IMG/VR virus record: IMGVR_UViG_2541047945_000007 | Direction: 5' to 3' (one strand) | Origin: a virus | Taxonomy: Duplodnaviria; Heunggongvirae; Uroviricota; Caudoviricetes | Length of the DNA stretch: 7,817 nucleotides | Shown: positions 1 to 5,876 of the stretch, in pieces | How the letters are laid out: every line of letters starts with the position of its first letter | Numbering within the stretch: the stretch's first letter is position 1 | Made by a program: the position numbers and the translations under genes | The notes under the pieces: generated by a model | The model's database searches: none | What the model saw: the letters and a program-made list of their open reading frames with translations, nothing else | What the model was told of the DNA's origin: nothing

Positions 1-180
1 GCCCCCGGTATCCCGCTCATGCTGGCGAACCCAGACACGCAGAGTCTCCGGCGTACAGCCAATCTTTGGAGCAATGGAACAAATTGTCGCCCATTGTGAG
101 TCATATTCGCCCTGACTTTCCAGAACCATACGGACTGCCCGTTGACGGACTTCAGGGGAAAAACGAGTATTTTTAGTCAT
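1..180 (-). CDS. IS3-family transposase OrfA, N-terminal 60 codons (gene start at 180, runs off the window)
   Basis: Open minus-strand frame from ATG 180..178 to the window edge; SD-like GAGG upstream on the minus strand (GAGGTAAACAGG then ATG); HTH-like N-terminal sequence typical of IS3 OrfA. Confidence 0.8.
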   Translation of the reverse strand, partial: MTKNTRFSPEVRQRAVRMVLESQGEYDSQWATICSIAPKIGCTPETLRVWVRQHERDTGG

Positions 181-234
181 CCTGTTTACCTCTTTCTCAG
201 GAAGTTTAGTCTCCAGGATTCCCGGGGCGGTTCA
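1..234 (-). mobile_element. Left end of an IS3-family insertion sequence (IS629/IS1203-like), partial; the element continues beyond the window start
   Basis: Minus-strand translation from the ATG at 180..178 gives [60 protein letters not shown], which I recognise from memory as IS3-family OrfA (IS629-type). The minus-strand sequence ending at 234 begins TGAACCGCCCCGGG, consistent with an IS3-family terminal inverted repeat (TG...CA ends). Only one end is visible, so no target-site duplication can be assessed. Confidence 0.75.
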
Positions 235-379
235 GTATGAAGATATTCAGCAGCCTGCGCAACAACAGACACAACAAGCAACATCTGGCGGTCAAACATT
301 TCGAGAAGGTATGACCGCGAAAAATCCTAAAACTGGTCAGAAAATTATTTACAGGAACGGACAATGGCAACCAATGTAG
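235..379 (+). pseudogene. 3' remnant (47 codons) of a virion gene truncated by the IS insertion; by synteny a P22 gene 20-like ejection protein
   Basis: Frame 2 is open from the first base after the IS end (236) to TAG at 377..379, giving YEDIQQPAQQQTQQATSGGQTFREGMTAKNPKTGQKIIYRNGQWQPM*. It has no start codon of its own and its stop overlaps the next gene start by 16 nt, as in tightly packed late operons. Identity of the gene is inference from position only. Confidence 0.45.
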
Positions 380-2487
380 GTTTACCAGAGGGATTTGTTC
401 TGGATGAACAGCCTGATAACTCACAGCTTCCTGATGGCTTTGTGCTTGATGCCCAACCAGAACAGCAGCAATCTCCTTTGGTTTCACCAGAGGAAAATTC
501 CAGACAGGAAAATGTTGTTAATAATGCTAACGGTTTCGACCGTTTTATGTATGGCGTTCTCAGTGGATTGATGGATGTTGGTAAAGGTGTTGGTCTATTT
601 CAGGATATGACACCAGAAGAGCAAGCCGCAATTCAGTCTCTACAGCAGAAGTTAGCGGCAAAACCATCAACCGTACAAGATGTTGGTGAGTTCGTTGGAC
701 AAGCAGCACCATTTGTTAGTGGTGGTGGGATTATTTCTCAGGTTCCGAAAGGGGCGGCAAGGCTGGCTGCCGCCGCAGGGCTTGGTGCTGGAGAAGGGGC
801 TATTGTAGCCAATGGAACAAATAGCGATGTTGCTTCTGGAGCTGCTATTGGCGCTGTGGCTGGCCCTGTAGCAGAGATTGTTGGTCCAGCTCTTGGGAAG
901 ATTGCAGGAAAAATTAAAAATAGTGCCGGAGATATTTATCGCTCATCCGTAGGGATGGGTAGTAAATCATCTAAAGCAACGTTAAAGAAAGCTGCTGGCG
1001 CAATGGACAATAAATTTATCGGCGGGCAACGAGCTATTCAAGATTTCGCCGATGAAGTTAATCCTGATTTTAACGCGATAAATGCTATTCGTGAGCTAGA
1101 ACTGGAAAATTATGCCACTCCAGGCATGATCTCTAATAATCCTGCTGTCAGGGCTCTTGATAATGCAGTGGCAAGTCTCCCTGGAACAGAGATTAGTGAG
1201 GCGCATAAGCGTTTTATTACTGAATTAGGAAGAAAAGCTGATGAAATGATAACTTCATTTGGGGGAAGCCTTGATAAGCAACTGGTTTCTGACAGGCTTG
1301 CAGATAATTTTGATAAAACCATTTCATCATTACAAAATCAGTCAGATAACATCTACAACAAAATTGCCGAAAAGGTTCCTGTAAGAGACCGGATTGAGGC
1401 AACTAATACATTGAATTTTTTAGAGGATTTTGCTGATGATATAGGTGGAATTGATGAATTATCTCCAATAATGAAGCGGACATTGAACCGACTTGATCCA
1501 AACACCTTGCCAACGTATGGGCGTTTAGATCTCGCTAGAAAGCAGGTTGGGCAAGCTATTGGCAAAGGCTCTGGCCCATTCAAGGATGAAGAAACAGGTG
1601 TTCTTAAAAAGTTATATGCGGCTATAACAGATGACCAACAGGCTGTCGCAGAAAAATATGGCGCAGGGGAGTTATGGACGCTTGGTAAGGAGTTGGTAAA
1701 AACACGAAAATCCATTGAAGATGATGCCGTAACCGTTTTGGGTAGAAAACTTCAGCAATCAGCAATTCCAAAAGTTGAAAGTGCCGTTGTTAATATGGCA
1801 AAAGGAAACGGTGGTGACTTTAGGCAATTAATGAAGTCAATTCCAAAGGATATGCGGCAGGAAGTTGCGCTCACCTCAATGAATAAAGCATTTACCAGCT
1901 ATGCTAAATCACCAGGTCAGCAATTAGGGGTTGATGGATTTGTAAAATGGTATAACGGAATGTCACGCAATGGGGCCAATATGAAGGCTCTCCGTGATGC
2001 TATTGGCACAGATGCATCAAAGCGCCTTGATACGATTTATCAAGCAGCTAAGGCTATGAATAGACTCAATACTGGTAAGCAGTATGCTAGTAGTCTTGTG
2101 GATCAGCAAGTTAATAACTTTCTGAAAGAAAAGGGTAGTCTCGCAAAAATTTATGGAATAGCCTCAAAAGCTGCTGCGGCGGAAGGTATTACAAGCTTAT
2201 CTGGTCTTCCTGGTGTAGGTGCAACAGGGGTGATAACGTCAGCATTGATGTCAGGGAAAACAAGCAGGATAAAGGCTGCTGATGCTCTACTGTCTTCTCC
2301 TGAGTTTAAATCAATGCTATTTCGCCTGCAAAACGCACCTGTAGACAGAGCAGAAGTGAGACGCGTAATAGAAAGGAAACTGATGCAATCTGGGGCATTT
2401 AAGAGATGGGAGAAAACCTTATCAACAGATGAAGCAAAAACCATTGCCCGCACGGGGATTATTACATGGCTCGCTAGTGACAGTTAG
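364..2487 (+). CDS. Internal virion / DNA ejection protein (707 aa); P22 gene 16-like by position
   Basis: 2124-nt ORF; SD AGGAA at 353..357, 6 nt before ATG 364. N-terminal acidic tandem peptide repeat (LPEGFVLDEQP / LPDGFVLDAQP), a long Gly/Ala-rich hydrophobic segment (about aa 107-184), then a long predicted alpha-helical region. It lies immediately upstream of the immI region, as gene 16 does in P22. Functional assignment is from synteny and composition, not recognised sequence identity. Confidence 0.8.
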   Translation: MATNVGLPEGFVLDEQPDNSQLPDGFVLDAQPEQQQSPLVSPEENSRQENVVNNANGFDRFMYGVLSGLMDVGKGVGLFQDMTPEEQAAIQSLQQKLAAKPSTVQDVGEFVGQAAPFVSGGGIISQVPKGAARLAAAAGLGAGEGAIVANGTNSDVASGAAIGAVAGPVAEIVGPALGKIAGKIKNSAGDIYRSSVGMGSKSSKATLKKAAGAMDNKFIGGQRAIQDFADEVNPDFNAINAIRELELENYATPGMISNNPAVRALDNAVASLPGTEISEAHKRFITELGRKADEMITSFGGSLDKQLVSDRLADNFDKTISSLQNQSDNIYNKIAEKVPVRDRIEATNTLNFLEDFADDIGGIDELSPIMKRTLNRLDPNTLPTYGRLDLARKQVGQAIGKGSGPFKDEETGVLKKLYAAITDDQQAVAEKYGAGELWTLGKELVKTRKSIEDDAVTVLGRKLQQSAIPKVESAVVNMAKGNGGDFRQLMKSIPKDMRQEVALTSMNKAFTSYAKSPGQQLGVDGFVKWYNGMSRNGANMKALRDAIGTDASKRLDTIYQAAKAMNRLNTGKQYASSLVDQQVNNFLKEKGSLAKIYGIASKAAAAEGITSLSGLPGVGATGVITSALMSGKTSRIKAADALLSSPEFKSMLFRLQNAPVDRAEVRRVIERKLMQSGAFKRWEKTLSTDEAKTIARTGIITWLASDS

Positions 2488-2774
2488 TCAACTTTGGTTA
2501 TTTTGCCTTCTTTTTCTTGATGAACTTTGCATCCATCATCTTTTGATAGCCAAACTAAAAACTTTAAAACCTTAAACACAAGTACGGCTACTGCAATGAA
2601 AGCACCAATTGCAATTATTGCAAGCGAAATTATTTGCATTGGTGCTTTTAATGCAGGGAAAATAGTGTAAATGATCGCGAAAACAGTAATTATGAGGAAC
2701 CATCGCTTCACACCAACCTCCTTAGTTTTGTGCAGGATACCAGATGGTTTGGAGTGAGATAAAGGTTTGTCCAC
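2484..2774 (-). CDS. Small hypothetical membrane protein (96 aa from a GTG start; possible shorter form from an internal ATG)
   Basis: Minus-strand ORF with two strongly hydrophobic stretches (WFLIITVFAIIYTIFPAL and IISLAIIAIGAFIAVAVLVFKVL). Co-oriented with, and 64 bp downstream of, the PIN gene. GTG start with no clear SD and a T-rich coding strand mean the ORF could partly be a composition artefact. Its stop overlaps the convergent 707-aa gene stop. Confidence 0.4.
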   Translation of the reverse strand: MDKPLSHSKPSGILHKTKEVGVKRWFLIITVFAIIYTIFPALKAPMQIISLAIIAIGAFIAVAVLVFKVLKFLVWLSKDDGCKVHQEKEGKITKVD

Positions 2775-2794
2775 TTTTGGCTATAGCTTTATGT

Positions 2795-2823
2795 ATCCGT
2801 GACGGATGTAATTATCACGGATG
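2795..2823. other. Inverted and direct repeat cluster between the PIN gene and the small membrane-protein ORF
   Basis: ATCCGTGACGGAT (2795..2807) is a palindrome; ATCCGTGA (2795..2802) is the inverse complement of TCACGGAT (2815..2822); ACGGATG occurs twice (2802..2808 and 2817..2823). No T-run follows on either strand, so it is not a clean intrinsic terminator. Confidence 0.4.
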
Positions 2824-2838
2824 CATAAAAATTATATT

Positions 2839-3387
2839 TTAGTGTAATCTCTGATCGTCTGAATCGTGTAAGAACTCCATGAGACTTTGAACCGGAATTG
2901 GTTCTATTGATGATAATGTGAACACAGGAATATTGAGACTTTTGCAACGCTCAAACACTCCCTTATCATGAGTCCATACCTCGTCAGCATTAATTGCTCT
3001 TGCAATTGCTATTATTTGTCTGTCAAACTTAATTTTGTTTGCTGTACCTTCTGTGCTAATTTTCCTTAATTCTTTTAATGTTGGTATCGATGCGCATTCA
3101 ATAGCAGCCAACTCATCAAATGATACAGTTTCGAAGCACGATAACGATTTGATAACATTCAGTTTTTCTTGTTGGTAATCTTTATGGATTCCAACTAAAA
3201 ACTCCGCCAATACAGGAGTTGGAACGATGATTGTCCCGTTCTTGTTATCTATTCGATCAACAAGAGCTTCTGCTCTTCTTTTGGCATCTGGAATCTCAGA
3301 ACCAAGTATAGGGTCAGATAATCTATAATCGTGTTCTATATCTGATAGTAGGTATACCAGAATATTGGTATCTAAAATTACTCGCAA
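2839..3387 (-). CDS. PIN-domain nuclease, VapC-like (182 aa)
   Basis: N-terminus MRVILDTNILVY is the canonical PIN start. The four conserved acidic positions are present in the expected motifs: D6 (ILDTN), E62 (PVLAEF), D122 (KFDRQIIAIA) and D141 (WTHDKGVFER, matching the VapC T-x-x-D...FER C-terminal motif). Start is TTG at 3387..3385 preceded by a good SD (GAGGAA, 7-nt spacer); there is no in-frame ATG. The start overlaps the upstream gene's stop by 10 nt, indicating translational coupling. Confidence 0.8.
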   Translation of the reverse strand: MRVILDTNILVYLLSDIEHDYRLSDPILGSEIPDAKRRAEALVDRIDNKNGTIIVPTPVLAEFLVGIHKDYQQEKLNVIKSLSCFETVSFDELAAIECASIPTLKELRKISTEGTANKIKFDRQIIAIARAINADEVWTHDKGVFERCKSLNIPVFTLSSIEPIPVQSLMEFLHDSDDQRLH

Positions 3388-4097
3388 TTTATCTTCCTCA
3401 GAGTCCTAAGGATTGAATCAACATCGCGTTCCTCGGACCACTGATCTCCAGGAACTTGCTTGATAGCATTAATAGCATCCTTGAGTGATGATTTTTTGAG
3501 CAATACAAATGAAGTTATTTTTAGTTTCTTTAGCTCCCATTTGTTGTTCTTTTTTTCCCAGCACCCATCTCCTTTAACCCTAATATATTTGAATAGATGG
3601 GACCCAAGAGCTGCCGCCAAATCAGGGGTTGCCTCGCACTTGAATGTTTCACCGTTGGCTCCCTCAATACGCACAGGTATTGAGTTGTCTTTTCCGCCAA
3701 CACTGTATAGCCTTCCTTGAACTTCTGACGTTTTTGTTATGAGTAAAGGGATTGGCTCCTTTTTTACTCGCGGGAATGCGATAATGGTTGAGTGGTTTCG
3801 TCCGAGTAGTTTCGCTGAAAAACCATCATGCTCCAGTAAATTAACAATTTTTTGATACGCGGGTGATTTCTCTTTGGCTGAGAGAGAGGCCCTTGCTATG
3901 ACAGCGTTATAACAAATATCATTATCGACCCATGCATTTAAGTCAGCCGATCCTTCACTTACACAGTCGAAGTGAACAGAATCTGCAGAACCGTATAGAT
4001 CTACGAGAGCAGACATATACTTGACCAACTTAGCCATTGACAGCTGGCCAGGGGTGGTTCCGTCAAGTTTTAATGTGAGTCCATTGCTTTTTTTCAT
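3378..4097 (-). CDS. Hypothetical protein (239 aa), upstream partner of the PIN nuclease; no recognisable domain
   Basis: 720-nt minus-strand ORF starting 49 bp downstream of the mnt stop; AT-rich like the PIN gene; ends ...LRKINCE* with its TAA inside the PIN start region. No Walker, HTH or other motif I can identify. The SD is weak (GTGATGACAA then ATG). Confidence 0.7.
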   Translation of the reverse strand: MKKSNGLTLKLDGTTPGQLSMAKLVKYMSALVDLYGSADSVHFDCVSEGSADLNAWVDNDICYNAVIARASLSAKEKSPAYQKIVNLLEHDGFSAKLLGRNHSTIIAFPRVKKEPIPLLITKTSEVQGRLYSVGGKDNSIPVRIEGANGETFKCEATPDLAAALGSHLFKYIRVKGDGCWEKKNNKWELKKLKITSFVLLKKSSLKDAINAIKQVPGDQWSEERDVDSILRTLRKINCE

Positions 4098-4146
4098 TTG
4101 TCATCACGCGAGCCAATATCGATATGGTTAACTATACGTCATAAGC

Positions 4147-4401
4147 CTATAACTTACTTTTGCTATAAATATTTTTCAGCGTTTCAAAGACCATCTTCTT
4201 AACAACGTCAGATTGCTCATCCGCGACTCGCTCAGCTTCGTCTCGATAGCCTACAATTGATGATGGCTTTGAGAGAGCATCCTGAACGATTTGTAATAAC
4301 TCAGAGTTCATTGACCTTCCGTTAGCCTCTGCTCTTAATTTCAATTTTTCTCTTACTTCCAAAGGCATACGGAAGTTAAAGTGCGGATCGTCTCTAGCCA
4401 T
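4147..4401 (-). CDS. mnt: Mnt repressor (ribbon-helix-helix), maintenance-of-lysogeny repressor of the immI region
   Basis: Translation MARDDPHFNFRMPLEVREKLKLRAEANGRSMNSELLQIVQDALSKPS... is nearly identical to P22 Mnt as I recall it. Divergent from arc, with the P22-type operators between them. Confidence 0.93.
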   Translation of the reverse strand: MARDDPHFNFRMPLEVREKLKLRAEANGRSMNSELLQIVQDALSKPSSIVGYRDEAERVADEQSDVVKKMVFETLKNIYSKSKL

Positions 4402-4423
4402 GCCATCACCCCAAGTTAGTGTA

Positions 4424-4452
4424 TTGACATGATAGAAGCACTCTACTATATT
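4424..4452 (+). promoter_or_regulatory. Pant-like sigma70 promoter (-35 TTGACA 4424..4429, 17-bp spacer, -10 TATATT 4447..4452)
   Basis: Consensus -35, 17-nt spacer and near-consensus -10 read directly from the sequence; location and arrangement match P22 Pant. Confidence 0.7.
4429..4449. promoter_or_regulatory. Arc operator (Oarc): ATGATAGAAGCACTCTACTAT
   Basis: The 21-bp sequence matches the P22 arc operator as I remember it from the Arc-operator structural literature, with TAGA/TCTA half-sites; it lies in the Pant spacer and overlaps the Pmnt -10. Confidence 0.7.
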
Positions 4453-4457
4453 CTCAA
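4429..4457 (-). promoter_or_regulatory. Pmnt-like divergent promoter (minus strand: -35 TTGAGA at 4457..4452, 17-bp spacer, -10 TATCAT at 4434..4429)
   Basis: Read on the reverse complement. Overlaps Pant back-to-back, as described for P22 immI. Confidence 0.55.
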
Positions 4458-4477
4458 TAGGTCCACCGTGGACCTAT
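4457..4477. promoter_or_regulatory. Mnt operator (Omnt): perfect 21-bp palindrome ATAGGTCCACCGTGGACCTAT centred on 4467
   Basis: Perfect dyad symmetry verified base by base; it lies just downstream of the Pant -10 (covering the expected transcription start), where Mnt represses ant in P22. Confidence 0.75.
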
Positions 4478-4491
4478 ATTGTGAGGTAAAT

Positions 4492-4650
4492 ATGAAAGGA
4501 ATGAGCAAAATGCCGCAGTTCAATTTGCGGTGGCCTAAAGAAGTATTGGATTTGGTGCGCAAGGTAGCTGAAGAGAACGGGCGATCTGTTAACTCTGAGA
4601 TTTATAAGCGAGTGATGGACAGCCTGAAGAGAGAGGGGATAACGGTATGA
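4492..4650 (+). CDS. arc: Arc repressor (ribbon-helix-helix), 52 aa
   Basis: [52 protein letters not shown] is near-identical to P22 Arc as I recall it. SD GAGG 7 nt upstream of ATG 4492. The longer ORF-track start at 4429 is rejected because it would cover the promoter and operators. Confidence 0.93.
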   Translation: MKGMSKMPQFNLRWPKEVLDLVRKVAEENGRSVNSEIYKRVMDSLKREGITV

Positions 4651-4868
4651 AGTTTATTGAGGTTGATGAGATTGGCTATGAGAATGCACTTGGTAGAGGT
4701 AAATCTTTAGTTAACGTTAATGGCATTGAGTCGATAAGGAGCGGTGAATTTACGGAGATCAGAATGATGTCAGGTGGAATCATTCCTTGCCGTGATTCAG
4801 TAGAGTCAATCAAAGCAAGAATGAGTGGTCAGTGGCTTTATAACTACAGTGACTTACAAAAACAGTGA
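4647..4868 (+). CDS. Hypothetical protein (73 aa) inserted between arc and ant
   Basis: ATG overlaps the arc stop (ATGA at 4647..4650); strong SD GAGAGGGG at 4628..4635. Nothing of this size lies between arc and ant in P22 as I recall it. No recognisable motif. Confidence 0.55.
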   Translation: MKFIEVDEIGYENALGRGKSLVNVNGIESIRSGEFTEIRMMSGGIIPCRDSVESIKARMSGQWLYNYSDLQKQ

Positions 4869-4930
4869 AGCCCCAACTGCGGGAACAGTCAGGGCTTCGG
4901 TTGTCAGTAAATCCGTGGAGAAAAACCAAC
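4857..4930 (-). ncRNA. Possible sar-like small antisense RNA covering the ant ribosome-binding site
   Basis: Minus-strand candidate promoter inside the ant start (-10 TATACT at 4942..4937, weak -35 TGTTCA 16 bp upstream) would start transcription near 4930, antisense to the ant SD (4917..4920). A minus-strand intrinsic-terminator-like hairpin (outer stem 4867..4873 with 4892..4898, inner stem 4876..4879 with 4886..4889) is followed on the minus strand by ACTGTTTTTG. The implied length of about 70 nt is comparable to P22 sar. This is inference only. Confidence 0.3.
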
Positions 4931-5833
4931 ATGAATAGTATAGCAATTTTAGAAGCAGTGAACACCTCTTACGTGCCTTTCAATGGTCAGCAAATTATCA
5001 CCGCCATGGCTGCCGGAGTTGCATATGTTGCGATGAAGCCAATCGTTGAAAACCTTGGAATGAGCTGGTCAACGCAGCAAACAAAACTCATGAAGCAGAT
5101 TAGCAAATTCAACTGTGTTCATATGAACATGGTTGCCGCTGATGGTAAGCTTCGTAAGCTACTCTGCCTTCCTTTGAAGAAGTTAAATGGATGGCTGTTC
5201 AGCATCAACCCTGAGAAAGTTCGTGCTGACATCCGCGATAAACTGATTCAGTACCAGGAAGAATGCTTTACTGTGCTGCATGACTACTGGACGAAGGGAA
5301 AGGCAGAAAATGCACGTAAGAAAACATCTGTTGATGACAGGACTCCGCTTCGTGATGCTGTAAATATGCTAGTCAGCAAAAAGCATCTAATGTACCCAGA
5401 AGCTTATGCAATGATTCATCAGCGTTTCAATGTGGAAAGTATTGAAGAGCTTGATGCATCTCAGATACCGCAAGCTGTAGAGTACATCCACAGGGTAGTG
5501 CTTGAAGGTGAGTTCATCGGCAAACAAGAGAAGAAAACCAACGAGCTTTCTGCAAAAGAAGCAAACAGCCTTGTATGGTTATGGGATTATGCCAACCGCT
5601 CACAGGCATTATTCCGCGAACTGTATCCGGCGCTAAAACAAATTCAATCGAACTATTCCGGCAGATGTCATGACTGCGGTTATGAGTTCTCCCGTATTAT
5701 CGATATGGCGAGAGATGTTTTAATCAACCATACACGAGATGTTGATATTAATGAGCCAGACGGACCAACGAATCTTTCCGCATGGATGAGACTTAAGAAT
5801 AAAGAATTACCTCCTTCAGTACATAACTACTGA
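4931..5833 (+). CDS. ant: Antirepressor Ant (300 aa from ATG 4931; the ORF track's GTG at 4865 is a less likely start)
   Basis: N-terminus [24 protein letters not shown]... matches the P22 antirepressor as I recall it; GGAG at 4917..4920 precedes ATG 4931; the position downstream of arc matches P22. The extension from 4865 would span the hairpin and overlap the upstream ORF. Confidence 0.88.
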   Translation: MNSIAILEAVNTSYVPFNGQQIITAMAAGVAYVAMKPIVENLGMSWSTQQTKLMKQISKFNCVHMNMVAADGKLRKLLCLPLKKLNGWLFSINPEKVRADIRDKLIQYQEECFTVLHDYWTKGKAENARKKTSVDDRTPLRDAVNMLVSKKHLMYPEAYAMIHQRFNVESIEELDASQIPQAVEYIHRVVLEGEFIGKQEKKTNELSAKEANSLVWLWDYANRSQALFRELYPALKQIQSNYSGRCHDCGYEFSRIIDMARDVLINHTRDVDINEPDGPTNLSAWMRLKNKELPPSVHNY

Positions 5834-5851
5834 CAGATAACCAACGCAACG

Positions 5852-5876
5852 ACCCAGCTTAGGCTGGGTTTTTTTA
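5852..5876 (+). terminator. Rho-independent terminator after ant
   Basis: Stem ACCCAGC (5852..5858) pairs with GCTGGGT (5863..5869), 4-nt loop TTAG, followed by a run of six T (5870..5875); it starts 19 nt after the ant stop. Confidence 0.8.

Noticed and set aside
206-487. 93-aa minus-strand ORF spanning the IS end and the start of the ejection gene
   Set aside because: It crosses the IS terminus and junction and lies antisense to the start of the 707-aa gene; it has no plausible RBS or context and is best explained as a chance ORF.
1110-2453. Four minus-strand ORFs (1110..1322, 1217..1402, 1353..1715, 2151..2453) inside the 707-aa gene
   Set aside because: All are short, mutually overlapping and fully embedded antisense to a long, clearly coding plus-strand ORF; typical shadow ORFs.
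3460-3720. 86-aa plus-strand ORF inside the 239-aa gene
   Set aside because: Embedded antisense in the cassette gene; low-complexity translation (runs of F, L and S) typical of the reverse strand of AT-rich coding DNA.
4429-4491. N-terminal extension of arc from the ATG at 4429 (the ORF-track start)
   Set aside because: The extension would be translated across the Pant -10 and the mnt operator; the conserved Arc sequence begins at MKGMSK (4492), which has its own SD.
4867-4898. Hairpin considered as a plus-strand terminator ending the arc operon before ant
   Set aside because: No T-run follows on the plus strand, and ant must be transcribed through it from Pant; the T-run is on the minus strand, so it fits a leftward (sar-like) terminator better.
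4865-4930. GTG start at 4865 for ant (the ORF-track start)
   Set aside because: The extension overlaps the stop of the upstream ORF and the hairpin at 4867..4898; the ATG at 4931 has a GGAG SD and gives the conserved [10 protein letters not shown]-terminus and a 300-aa product.
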